Shown: piece after piece, positions 9,232 through 18,784 of the stretch
Position numbering within the stretch: position 1 is the stretch's first letter
Layout of the letters: every line of letters starts with the position of its first letter
NCBI GenBank assembly: GCA_036252695.1
Contig: GCA_036252695.1_4122.1
Direction: 5' to 3' (one strand)
Source of the DNA: a phage
Length of the DNA stretch: 64,000 nucleotides
Made by a program: the position numbers and the translations under genes
Notes under the pieces: model-generated
Database searches by the model: none
Told to the model about the DNA's origin: nothing
What the model saw: the letters and a program-made list of their open reading frames with translations, nothing else

Positions 9232-11961
9232 ATGTCATCAAAACGAATTATAGGAAGTGCCGAGATCCTTGGGAACTTGGCAATTGGACAAAGGTACGCT
9301 ATGCGTACTTTTAATGGAACCTCACCGAATGCCAATACTGGAATTGTTCAATATCCAATATATAAGCGTTCAGAAGTTCAAAGTATTTTAGATATGTTGC
9401 CTATATCACGTGTAGGAGAAATGGATTACTTGCCATTAAACGTAAGTGGGTCGTATGAAGGTGCTACACCTATGTCAAGTGACCAAGTAGTTCAGCCAAC
9501 AATTATTGAAGATGATGGAACCGCCGTTGTTCTGCGTAGCGGAACCAATGGTAGTACTAAAGGTTTTTATTATTCATTTATACGAGAAATCAGAAATATA
9601 ACCATGATTTCACAAGAAAGTGTTATTTCAACCAATTCAATGTATAAACCTTCAATTATGAGTAGTACAGAGAATATTAAGTATTTTATTGGCTCTAATG
9701 GTTATGAAATGCTTGGATGTTTAAGTACAGAAGATAATTATATTTTTACTATAACTAATGGTACATTCAACGAAGTATCACATATTCATGCTAAAGTACC
9801 AAGTACTTCTTTTGGTAATGATATGCCTATATATACTCATATTGTTGGAACAAAAGTATATATTTGGTGTAAAGATAAAAGTGTTTCTAATTTAGGATTA
9901 GCACTTTCAATTTATACAGTAGAGCTAAGTGATGTGAAAGCAAGCTCAATGGCATCATTAACAAAAGTTACTGGATTATCAGGGCAAACTGTTCGAAATA
10001 CAAGTTATTCTGCATCTAATAACATAAGAGTGTTTGATAGATTATATAGTGTTGGTACTAGCTCGGATTCATTATTCGAAGTTACATCACCAGTCTCACG
10101 TGTAGAATTTTCGGATTATACAGACTTTAATATACAAGCAAACGTTAGTACTGATTTATCCAAAATACGTGTAACTTTATACCCAACCCATAGAATGGTT
10201 ACACCTTTATATATTTCAACAGTGTATGGTACTGGTATCAGTTTTGTTTATAATATAAACTCAAAATCTATGTCACTAGATGGTTCTGCTCGTGCTCCTG
10301 CTACAGTTTCATATGATAATGGATTTCAAGTTTCTAACCCATTTGAAATCAATATGGTCAACTTTACTGGGACAACTGCTGCTGGTGTATTAGGAAACGC
10401 AGGTGGTTTATGTCAAACCAAAGATGGTTTAGTATTTGCATCTAAATTTAGATGGAGTTCAACTGAATTTTATGGTCTACAACGATATAAGGTTAGTGGT
10501 ACACCGTTTGATTCATGGGTTGCTAGTACTAGATCCGCAAGTAACGTTATAAATGCAAACGTTTTACCAGTTTTTGGTAGTGCTGTTGGTGCAAACCTAT
10601 TAGGTGTACGTTTCATCGATAATAGAAAAATATTATTAGCATGTTCTGGTACGTATGATGATGTAACATATAATTATAATAATACTGTTTTTTCTGAAAT
10701 AGGCTCACAACCAACATATCAATATAACTCAGTTCAAAATAATACTACATTAAATGGTTTTGCACCACAATCTAATCGTAAACAAATAGGTGATGATTTT
10801 ACATACACTGCTATGATTTCTCTTGTTGATACCGATGGTAGTGTTAGATGTTATGGAACATCATTCATTGAAGGTGTATATAAAACAAGTGGTGGATTAT
10901 TAAACCCAGATACTTTAGAATTTGATGAAACATATACAATAGAACCAACGGTATTAGAATCATTAAAACAAGATATTTTTGCTAATCTAGGAAACTCTGG
11001 CATTGTTGGTACACTATCTGGACAAATTGTATTATATTATGTACCTGATAATACTTTTTCTAAATCCATTGCAGTAGTTTCAGCATATAATCTTAACAAT
11101 AACCAAGGTTATGCAATCTATGCCGAAGTTGATGTTGTATTATCTGGATCTAACATAACTTCAGCTACATTGGTAAGTACTAGATATGAGACACTTAGTT
11201 CTGTTACAGGAATTATTACTGAAGCATATATGAAACGTTGTACTGGTCTAACAGTTGCTAAATATTCAGGATTTGGTTATATTGGTGTTGATGCAGTTCA
11301 TCAATTTTCACAACCAGGTAATGCACAATTTAAGATGATGATAGCTAAAACAGTAAATGGTGTCATAACATCAAATCGTTTTTTATCATCTAGTTACATC
11401 CAACTCGGTGCAGCATATCAACATGGTGTTATTCCTGGTGTTGGTTTTGGATATTACAATTTTCAAGATTCTGACTATCAAACCAAATCTGTATTCAGCG
11501 TTTTTGGTACAACATCTGCTGAAATGGATGGTTTAATTAGCGGAAATGGTAGCGTTAAAGAAAAGATTGTGGTAGTATCACAAGACGTTGCACAAGGATT
11601 CTCAGTGTACTTTACACGTGAAGTTCCGGTATTTTTAGGTGGAATTTTCGACAGACTACCTATACAAAGTGTAGATTTAAGTACTGTAAAAAATAATCCA
11701 GCTAATACTACGTTCTATTTGTATATACAAATGAACAGGAATACTAAGAAAGCTTCATATGTTATTAGTACTGAAACTATTGATGAATCTTTAACTAGCA
11801 CTTACATTGGTAAGATAGTTACTGGAACTTCAGGAATTACTTCGATTGATACTGAAAAAGTGACTCGTTTTTTGACATATCGCCCAAGTACAACGAAACG
11901 TGGTTCAGCGATACCTGCCAGTACTGGTGTACCGTCTGGGTCAGGCACACGTTGGAAATAA
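9232..11961 (+). CDS. tail fibre protein (paralogue B)
   Basis: ORF track 9142..11961; ATG at 9232 with AAGGAAAAG RBS avoids overlap. N-terminus (LPISxxG..YLP, LRSGTNGS) and C-terminus paralogous to 5920..8616. Confidence 0.7.
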   Translation: MSSKRIIGSAEILGNLAIGQRYAMRTFNGTSPNANTGIVQYPIYKRSEVQSILDMLPISRVGEMDYLPLNVSGSYEGATPMSSDQVVQPTIIEDDGTAVVLRSGTNGSTKGFYYSFIREIRNITMISQESVISTNSMYKPSIMSSTENIKYFIGSNGYEMLGCLSTEDNYIFTITNGTFNEVSHIHAKVPSTSFGNDMPIYTHIVGTKVYIWCKDKSVSNLGLALSIYTVELSDVKASSMASLTKVTGLSGQTVRNTSYSASNNIRVFDRLYSVGTSSDSLFEVTSPVSRVEFSDYTDFNIQANVSTDLSKIRVTLYPTHRMVTPLYISTVYGTGISFVYNINSKSMSLDGSARAPATVSYDNGFQVSNPFEINMVNFTGTTAAGVLGNAGGLCQTKDGLVFASKFRWSSTEFYGLQRYKVSGTPFDSWVASTRSASNVINANVLPVFGSAVGANLLGVRFIDNRKILLACSGTYDDVTYNYNNTVFSEIGSQPTYQYNSVQNNTTLNGFAPQSNRKQIGDDFTYTAMISLVDTDGSVRCYGTSFIEGVYKTSGGLLNPDTLEFDETYTIEPTVLESLKQDIFANLGNSGIVGTLSGQIVLYYVPDNTFSKSIAVVSAYNLNNNQGYAIYAEVDVVLSGSNITSATLVSTRYETLSSVTGIITEAYMKRCTGLTVAKYSGFGYIGVDAVHQFSQPGNAQFKMMIAKTVNGVITSNRFLSSSYIQLGAAYQHGVIPGVGFGYYNFQDSDYQTKSVFSVFGTTSAEMDGLISGNGSVKEKIVVVSQDVAQGFSVYFTREVPVFLGGIFDRLPIQSVDLSTVKNNPANTTFYLYIQMNRNTKKASYVISTETIDESLTSTYIGKIVTGTSGITSIDTEKVTRFLTYRPSTTKRGSAIPASTGVPSGSGTRWK

Positions 11962-11967
11962 TTTTAA

Positions 11968-11996
11968 AGCTCGTCTATTGACGGGCTTTTCTTTTA
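11968..11996 (+). terminator. rho-independent terminator
   Basis: AAGCTCGTC / ACGGGCTT hairpin followed by a T-run. Confidence 0.45.
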
Positions 11997-12028
11997 TGTG
12001 TATAATTGAATAAAAATAGGAGGAAATT

Positions 12029-12595
12029 ATGGTTAAATCTTTGCTACCACCACCAAAACGTCATAAAATCAAAGAAATGAAAGAACAACGTACATTAAAG
12101 ATGTACAACAATTTAGTTCAGTTACTGTGTAAAAGTCCATCGCTCAAAGCAGAGTTTAAAACTGATGATGACCGCAAAGCACTAATTGAGATGAAGTATA
12201 TGCTCAGTAAAATGTCCTTTTACAAATTTGTAAAAGAATACACAACTGACCCATTTAGTCCTCGTTGGAGATCCAAACCAAGAGAGTATTTTTACGGTGG
12301 TTCATATACGGATCGCATTCAAGACACAGTGATGGGAGTTGAATTTGAAATCGATTATGAGCCGAATGGTGTGGAAAGCTGGCCGATTGAGAAACGTTTA
12401 CCAAGTGAAGAAGAAATTTATGTTTATGCAAGAAAACTTTCAAATTTCAGTTCAAGAATTACTCTAGGCAATTTAGATTCATTTATTATTTTCTATACAC
12501 GTGTTGGTGTAGATAAAATGGTAACTAAACTCAATGAACTTTCATTACAACAAAAACAGATTAATGCATACAAAGACATTACTGATTTATACTAA
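12029..12595 (+). CDS. hypothetical protein, tandem paralogue family member 1
   Basis: GGAGG RBS; shares motif (D/N)D(D/N)R(K/R).(L/I)(I/L)..KY.LSK with the next two genes. Confidence 0.5.
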   Translation: MVKSLLPPPKRHKIKEMKEQRTLKMYNNLVQLLCKSPSLKAEFKTDDDRKALIEMKYMLSKMSFYKFVKEYTTDPFSPRWRSKPREYFYGGSYTDRIQDTVMGVEFEIDYEPNGVESWPIEKRLPSEEEIYVYARKLSNFSSRITLGNLDSFIIFYTRVGVDKMVTKLNELSLQQKQINAYKDITDLY

Positions 12596-12601
12596 TGAGG
12601 A

Positions 12602-13123
12602 ATGGATATGTTTTTTGGATCAGTTGGAAAACAAAACAGTACTTTAATTTGGCATGAAATTATCTTTAAAATTATATCTAAAAGCTACTCACTAAAGGAT
12701 ATTATTACCACAGATAATGATAGACGTATCCTGTTAGATGCAAAATATAAATTGAGCAAACACCCTTTACTTTCTTTAATCATTGATTACGTTTGTGATT
12801 ATGAATCTAGTCGTTGGAAGTGGGAAGACGGCGGTTTATTTCGTGGAAAAACATTCTACGGTGCGGAACGATATGTTTTCAGTGATACATCAAATGGCGT
12901 TAAGTTTGTTATTAGAAACTTTAACTCCAAAGAAAATGATTATCTTGAAAGTGGAGTGAAAGTATATATCGATAATAATAGCAATGTACTAACATATGAC
13001 GAATCACTAATTATGTTACAAATAATGCGTGGTGTTGAAGGTGTAAGAAACAACCTTACTAAATTGAAAATCCAGCAAAATGATATACATAATAGACAGA
13101 AAATTAAGGGTTTATATAAATGA
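12602..13123 (+). CDS. hypothetical protein, tandem paralogue family member 2
   Basis: Paralogue of 12029..12595. Confidence 0.5.
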   Translation: MDMFFGSVGKQNSTLIWHEIIFKIISKSYSLKDIITTDNDRRILLDAKYKLSKHPLLSLIIDYVCDYESSRWKWEDGGLFRGKTFYGAERYVFSDTSNGVKFVIRNFNSKENDYLESGVKVYIDNNSNVLTYDESLIMLQIMRGVEGVRNNLTKLKIQQNDIHNRQKIKGLYK

Positions 13124-13629
13124 TTTCATTTTTCAAAAAGAAACAAAAAGTTGATGAAACCGGATTAGAATCGTTTCTATGGACTCTTATCATCAAAAAA
13201 AGTCCATTGATAAAAGAATATGCTATCAATGATGCTAATAGAAAAACTATCATTGAATACAAATATGAATTATCTAAATGTGATCCAATTGTTTATCACT
13301 TTGCGAAGTACTGTTCAAAAAATTTATCGGATATCACAATCTACCACGAGTCAGTCCCAATGAGTTTTCCTTATGGTGATTGGGTAGATACTTTTGATAT
13401 TTTTGATGGGTCAAATGGTTTCAGTTTCTTTTACTCGTCAAATAAAGCAAGTGTTCGTATTAAAACAGACATAGGTTGGACAAAGCATAGCTCAAATAAA
13501 GAAGATTATAATTTATTAGCTGACGTATACCGAAGTGTGAAGAATTCAAAGGATATTGATGAAAGAATTAAAAAGCAAAATCGTATATCTTTATCACTTG
13601 AAACATACAAGTCAAAGTATGGTGGTTAA
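13120..13629 (+). CDS. hypothetical protein, tandem paralogue family member 3
   Basis: Paralogue of the two preceding genes; ATGA start-stop overlap. Confidence 0.5.
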   Translation: MISFFKKKQKVDETGLESFLWTLIIKKSPLIKEYAINDANRKTIIEYKYELSKCDPIVYHFAKYCSKNLSDITIYHESVPMSFPYGDWVDTFDIFDGSNGFSFFYSSNKASVRIKTDIGWTKHSSNKEDYNLLADVYRSVKNSKDIDERIKKQNRISLSLETYKSKYGG

Positions 13630-13631
13630 CT

Positions 13632-14033
13632 ATGACTACAGTTGATGATATCTATAGCACTATACGCAATATGAGTACAGATAGAAAAGTATTTGGCGAT
13701 AAAGAAAAATCTAAGTGTTATGGTATTGATTCTTTTGATATAATTTCTTATGAGTACAATACAAGTGGAAATAGTTCACTGAATATCGTCTGTCCTCGTG
13801 ATCCAGAAAATAATTTTATGTATGTTGAAATTAATAATGATGGAATGTTTTTTACAAAAGTTTTCAAAGGTGGAATTAATTACGAACCTATTGAATGTAT
13901 GAATGAAGAAACTTTCTTTCAAGAAGATACAATTATCAATTTAGGTTTTAGTTTTGATGATTATAAAACATTAGAACATGACTTTAATCGTTATTATAAT
14001 GGTTTCTTAAAGGAGTTAACAATTTATCTATGA
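13632..14033 (+). CDS. hypothetical protein
   Basis: 133-aa ORF; stop overlaps start of next gene. Confidence 0.5.
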   Translation: MTTVDDIYSTIRNMSTDRKVFGDKEKSKCYGIDSFDIISYEYNTSGNSSLNIVCPRDPENNFMYVEINNDGMFFTKVFKGGINYEPIECMNEETFFQEDTIINLGFSFDDYKTLEHDFNRYYNGFLKELTIYL

Positions 14034-16306
14034 ATAACCAATATATTGAACAAACAATAGTGAAACACTTGGCTGGGTCACAAGCCTACGGAACCAGTAC
14101 ACCTGAAAGTGATACTGATTATCGTGGTATTTTTCTTGCTAATAAAGAATTTATTCTTACACCCTTCTATAAGGTCAAAGAGGTAGCTGATAAAAGCGAA
14201 GAAGATACTAAATTCTATGAGTTGAATCAGTATTTAAAATTATACACTGAAGCTAACCCTAATATTCTTGAATCACTTTGGGTTGAACCTGAACACATTG
14301 TTGAAAGTACTGAAATTTATGACTATCTTCGTTCATTTAACCAAAAACTTCTTAGTTCCAAGATTGCATTTTCATATACTGGTTATGCATATAATCAGAT
14401 TAAGCGTATGACAAATCATCACGGTTGGATGGATAAAGAGCATATTGCTGAACGTAAACTAAATGAAATTTTAGAAGAACATCCAGTCGATGAGGTTCTT
14501 GCGTGGATGTATGATTCATTTCCACAATATCTTGTTGAACGTTTAGATACATCGAACTTACATCCATTTAATGCTAAAAAGATTGATTTTGAAAAATATA
14601 TGCGTGATACGTCATTGCAGTTAGTTTCGAAAAATCCATTAAAGCAATATCATTTTGTAAGATTAGTGCATAACTACACTACTGATAAAATTCTAGATCG
14701 TGATTTCAATTTATTGAATTTTAATAATGGCTATGAACTAATTCATTACGGAGAAAACATTTTTGCGATTATTAAAAATCCGAATGAAAGTACTATCAAT
14801 GCTGATGGTTCACTACGTTACTTCAATAAAGAACGTACTTCGGAAGAATTAAAAGTTCGTCCTGAACTCATTGTAAAATTCAATGAAAAGGAATACAAAG
14901 AAAATAGTGAGAACCGTAAGAGTTATCACAAATGGAAGCAGAACCGTAATGCCAAACGTGCTATTCTTGAATCACACCACGGTTATGACTGTTATAGTTT
15001 TGATACTGAATTCTTAACTAAAGATGGTTGGAAGTTATTTGATGATATTACTGAAAACGATCTATTAGCTACTTTTGACAAAAATCACAAAGTTGAATAT
15101 CAGAAATACACTGAACGTTTTGATAATTTATATAATGGCAATCTATACCATTTCACTGGTCATCACCAAGATACTTTAGTGACTGCTAACCACCGAATGT
15201 ATGTTAAGGATTATGCACGAAATCAACAAAAAGATATGTCTGATTGGAAATTTGTAGAAGCAGCACAATTAAAAGAAACATATAAAATTTTGAATACAAT
15301 ATCCCCAATAACTAAAGAACACAAAGATAAAAAAAGTCCAATTGACTACATGGATATCAAAGTTTATCTTCAACTCATGGGATGGTTTATTTCAGATGGG
15401 TGCATAAATTTCAGGGATGGTAAAGTAAAATCTTTATATATTTCCCAGTCAAAAACTAGTCAAGGTATGCGTTGTGCTTTATCAAAATACAAAAAATCTG
15501 GTCAATTAATGTTTAATGAATACATTATAGAAAAGAAAGATTATCAAGCTAATGACGAATCAAGATATACATTCCCAAGTGAAGTAGCTGAAGCATTATA
15601 TAATGATTGTGGACATGGTTCATATAATAAACGAATTCCAAATTGGGTATTTGATTTAACAAAACGTAAAATGGATTTCCTTCTGAAAGGTTTGTTACAA
15701 GGGGATGGAACAAAACGAAATTTAGTTAATGACAATGATACATTTGTATATTATACTGCCAATTCATTATTAGCTGATGATGTTCAAAAACTAGCATTAC
15801 TATGTGGTTATGAAACATCAAAATGGGGACCATACACAAACGAAACCAATTTTGGTAGTGTTGATATATATCAAATTCATATCAATATGAAACCCAAAAC
15901 CGAAAAAATGAACATGAAACAAAATCTTGAAAAAATTCCAGTTACTAATTACAGAACTGTGTGTTTTTCTGTTCCCAACGGAACACTCATTACTCGTAGA
16001 AATGGAAAAACCGCATTACATGGAAATTGCAAACATGCTATGCATACAATCAGGCTGCTGAATACAGCCGAGGAAGCACTTGAAACTGGTATCATCCAAG
16101 TTCACCGACCGGATGCTGCTATGTTGATGGACATTCGTAACGGGAAGTGGTTGTATCAAGAAGTTATGGATTATTTCAACGAAAAGGTTGACTACATCCG
16201 AAATGTGGCGTATCATAAAACTCATCTACCGAAGCGACCGAACATAAAGTTGGCGACAAAGGTACTATTAGATATCCGTGAAATGCAATGGTACAGTAAA
16301 AAATAA
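14030..16306 (+). CDS. Pol-beta superfamily nucleotidyltransferase interrupted by an in-frame intein
   Basis: N-terminal GS...G....SDxD motif (GSQAYGTSTPESDTDYRGIF); residues 321-666 carry intein blocks and LAGLIDADG motifs; flanking extein reads GYD|CKHAMH. Confidence 0.7.
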   Translation: MNNQYIEQTIVKHLAGSQAYGTSTPESDTDYRGIFLANKEFILTPFYKVKEVADKSEEDTKFYELNQYLKLYTEANPNILESLWVEPEHIVESTEIYDYLRSFNQKLLSSKIAFSYTGYAYNQIKRMTNHHGWMDKEHIAERKLNEILEEHPVDEVLAWMYDSFPQYLVERLDTSNLHPFNAKKIDFEKYMRDTSLQLVSKNPLKQYHFVRLVHNYTTDKILDRDFNLLNFNNGYELIHYGENIFAIIKNPNESTINADGSLRYFNKERTSEELKVRPELIVKFNEKEYKENSENRKSYHKWKQNRNAKRAILESHHGYDCYSFDTEFLTKDGWKLFDDITENDLLATFDKNHKVEYQKYTERFDNLYNGNLYHFTGHHQDTLVTANHRMYVKDYARNQQKDMSDWKFVEAAQLKETYKILNTISPITKEHKDKKSPIDYMDIKVYLQLMGWFISDGCINFRDGKVKSLYISQSKTSQGMRCALSKYKKSGQLMFNEYIIEKKDYQANDESRYTFPSEVAEALYNDCGHGSYNKRIPNWVFDLTKRKMDFLLKGLLQGDGTKRNLVNDNDTFVYYTANSLLADDVQKLALLCGYETSKWGPYTNETNFGSVDIYQIHINMKPKTEKMNMKQNLEKIPVTNYRTVCFSVPNGTLITRRNGKTALHGNCKHAMHTIRLLNTAEEALETGIIQVHRPDAAMLMDIRNGKWLYQEVMDYFNEKVDYIRNVAYHKTHLPKRPNIKLATKVLLDIREMQWYSKK
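14990..16027 (+). mobile_element. intein with LAGLIDADG homing-endonuclease domain (346 aa, in-frame)
   Basis: Starts with Cys (CYSFDTEFLTKDGWK, block A), TxxH block B (DTLVTANH), two LAGLIDADG-like motifs (LMGWFISDG, LKGLLQGDG), ends ...ALHGN followed by extein Cys. Confidence 0.6.
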
Positions 16307-16316
16307 GAGGATTGTT

Positions 16317-16736
16317 ATGCTAAACGAACAAATCAAAGACGCACTACGTGTACTGAATCTCGAAGTTAACCGCATCCAGAAAAGTACTGACCGTTATAAA
16401 GTAATGCATGAAATCAAACAAGAATTGGAATCTATTAATAAGGGAGAGTGGTGGTATCTTCAGCCCGAATATCAAACTCGTGAATTAAACGATGTTGAAA
16501 AAGAAATTGTCAAATTCATCACTACTCGTTATTGTGATACATCAGAGAATGATGTATCAGCGAACTTCAATCTTACTAAATTGGAAGTCGAAGAAAAATT
16601 CCATTTTGATTGGCTTGATTGGATTGAAATGGTAATGGAACTAGAAGAAAAATTCAATGTTGAAGTTGATGAAAAGTTCGAGAATAATGAAACTAAGCTG
16701 TATGAACTAGTAGAACATATTCAAAAAATGTTGTAA
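16317..16736 (+). CDS. hypothetical protein
   Basis: ORF track 16278..16736; ATG at 16317 with AGAGG RBS lies downstream of the upstream stop. Confidence 0.5.
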   Translation: MLNEQIKDALRVLNLEVNRIQKSTDRYKVMHEIKQELESINKGEWWYLQPEYQTRELNDVEKEIVKFITTRYCDTSENDVSANFNLTKLEVEEKFHFDWLDWIEMVMELEEKFNVEVDEKFENNETKLYELVEHIQKML

Positions 16737-16789
16737 AACTATACAATTGTATACTCTAAATAATATCATCAACTATAGGAGATATTATT

Positions 16790-17164
16790 ATGAGTATGTT
16801 AGAAATAATTGTTTCAAAAATTCTTATTCCATTTTGGAAACCAATTTCTTTTGTATTATTAATTGGCGGTTCAGCTTATGCTGGTTGGGAAGCTAATACT
16901 TATTACAGTGGATATCAACAAAGCATAGAGCAACAAATAGCTAAAAAAGTTGATACCGCCTTGGATAAAATGCAACAAGAAAATGCAAAAAATTACCTTG
17001 AAACTAAAAAAATCATGGAAGATAATGCTAAAGTTATTGAAACAAAGGTTCCTTTTATTGTAGAACGTGAAGTTTATAAGAATGTATGTTTAGATGAAGA
17101 TGGTGTAAAAGTACTAAATGAACTAAAACAAAATTCTCAAGCAGCGAGGAATAAATTCAAATGA
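16790..17164 (+). CDS. i-spanin (Rz-like inner-membrane spanin component)
   Basis: N-terminal TM helix followed by charged coiled-coil-like periplasmic region; overlaps the lipoprotein gene by ATGA. Confidence 0.5.
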   Translation: MSMLEIIVSKILIPFWKPISFVLLIGGSAYAGWEANTYYSGYQQSIEQQIAKKVDTALDKMQQENAKNYLETKKIMEDNAKVIETKVPFIVEREVYKNVCLDEDGVKVLNELKQNSQAARNKFK

Positions 17165-17469
17165 AAAAATTATTAGTTCCAATGATTTCTTTTTTAATTA
17201 TAAGTGGGTGTGCCGAGCAAGTAAAACTACAATCCCCCGCACCAATTAAACAAGAAATTCTGTTAGAAAGATGTGATGATGATACACCTCTACCACAAAA
17301 AATTATGATTGACAAAAATGGTTTTAAAGGTTATGATGGTGCAGAAATTCTTAAAGTACTTACTCGTTGGGATGCAGTATACAATGAATGTGCTTTAAAA
17401 CATGACGCATTGATTAAAACTATTCGTGATTTACAAGGTAAAGATATTAAAATCAATATCAAGGAATAA
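17161..17469 (+). CDS. o-spanin (Rz1-like outer-membrane lipoprotein)
   Basis: Signal peptide with lipobox (LIISGC); small periplasmic protein directly after the i-spanin. Confidence 0.55.
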   Translation: MKKLLVPMISFLIISGCAEQVKLQSPAPIKQEILLERCDDDTPLPQKIMIDKNGFKGYDGAEILKVLTRWDAVYNECALKHDALIKTIRDLQGKDIKINIKE

Positions 17470-17470
17470 A

Positions 17471-18082
17471 ATGAACAAATATCATGTTTACTATACGACT
17501 AAATTATCACTTCTTGAAGAATTAAATCAACGAAGTACTAAGATGAAACGCTACACTTTAAATGGAATTACTTTTAGGTATTTCCCACAAAAAGTTCTTA
17601 CATTTATTAAGAATCCAAAATGCGTGGCATGTGGGATTGAAGCCACTGAAGTACGCATTGAACGTTCATTTTGTTCTGATCCAGTATATGGTAAACCACA
17701 TTTAAATATATATGCTGTATGTGGTCTTTATGAAGTGTTGATGACAGTTGATCATAATCATCTGGCATCTAAGGGTGGACCTGATTTAGAGTCAAACTTT
17801 AATACTATGTGCTCCAGATGTAATCAACTACGTTCGAATAAAACTGAAACAGTTGATGAGTTTCTTGAGAAAGTTAAAGGTCGTAATCTTCTCCAAGAAC
17901 ATATGAATAATTTCTTTAATGTACAAAAAAAGAAAAATAACATTGACAAGTCGAAACTACTAGAAGAACGTAGGTTACGTCAAGAATTATGGGAAACTGA
18001 TCATCTATGGCATGTTCGAGAGTTTGGTCGTCATATGAAAGCTTTGAAAAAAGAACAAAAGAAATTGAATAAACATGATTGA
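17471..18082 (+). CDS. free-standing HNH endonuclease
   Basis: Cys pairs plus DHNHLASKGGPD...NFNTMCSRCN (HNH motif); ORF track 17426..18082 but ATG at 17471 follows AAGGAA RBS. Confidence 0.6.
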   Translation: MNKYHVYYTTKLSLLEELNQRSTKMKRYTLNGITFRYFPQKVLTFIKNPKCVACGIEATEVRIERSFCSDPVYGKPHLNIYAVCGLYEVLMTVDHNHLASKGGPDLESNFNTMCSRCNQLRSNKTETVDEFLEKVKGRNLLQEHMNNFFNVQKKKNNIDKSKLLEERRLRQELWETDHLWHVREFGRHMKALKKEQKKLNKHD

Positions 18083-18095
18083 TATGATATTATAG

Positions 18096-18123
18096 GGACT
18101 TGAGTATTCAAGTCCTTTTTTTT
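18096..18123 (+). terminator. rho-independent terminator
   Basis: GGACTTGA / TCAAGTCC hairpin plus T8. Confidence 0.5.
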
Positions 18124-18134
18124 GGAGAAAATAT

Positions 18135-18407
18135 ATGAAAACTAAATTATTTCCACAACAAATAATGATTGAACTGTGCGAACATCAGTCTGGTGAAGTT
18201 GTTACAATCAGTGGTGATACGTATTCCATCATTTTAAATGAACAACAATTTGATCATACAAATCATACGAATGAACTGTATAATCTTATGTTTATGGACG
18301 ATAAGAGTGAAAAATACTATCATTGTACATATGAACGATGTATAGATACAACACCATTTTGTAATGAAATGGTTGGTGTTAAATGTTATGAATGTGAAGT
18401 GTTATGA
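18135..18407 (+). CDS. hypothetical Cys-rich protein, paralogue pair member 1
   Basis: Shares MKTK.F.PQ..M.ELCEH..G.VVTISG ... KYYHCTYER ... GVKCYE with 18428..18784. Confidence 0.5.
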   Translation: MKTKLFPQQIMIELCEHQSGEVVTISGDTYSIILNEQQFDHTNHTNELYNLMFMDDKSEKYYHCTYERCIDTTPFCNEMVGVKCYECEVL

Positions 18408-18427
18408 AGTTTTTTAGGTAAAAATAT

Positions 18428-18784
18428 ATGAAAACAAAAATCTTTCTACCACAAACCATGATGGAACTGTGTGAACATGATGCAGGAGATGTTGTCACTA
18501 TTAGTGGTTCCTGGAATGAGAGTACTGAAGACTTTATGCCAGATGAGGTATATTCTGTTGTTTTAAATGAACAGTACAATACAAGCCGTTGGAATGAACA
18601 GTACAATCTAGTTTTTCTTGACAATAACAATGAAAAGTACTATCATTGTACGTATGAACGAGGTCTGACAGAACGTAACTACACAACTCCTTTCTGTGAT
18701 GAAATGGATGGTGTAAAGTGCTATGAAGTTTCTGTTCGTCAGGTTCCAGTTGTTACTTACAAAACCGAGTGGGATTATCTGTAA
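18428..18784 (+). CDS. hypothetical Cys-rich protein, paralogue pair member 2
   Basis: Tandem paralogue of 18135..18407. Confidence 0.5.
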   Translation: MKTKIFLPQTMMELCEHDAGDVVTISGSWNESTEDFMPDEVYSVVLNEQYNTSRWNEQYNLVFLDNNNEKYYHCTYERGLTERNYTTPFCDEMDGVKCYEVSVRQVPVVTYKTEWDYL

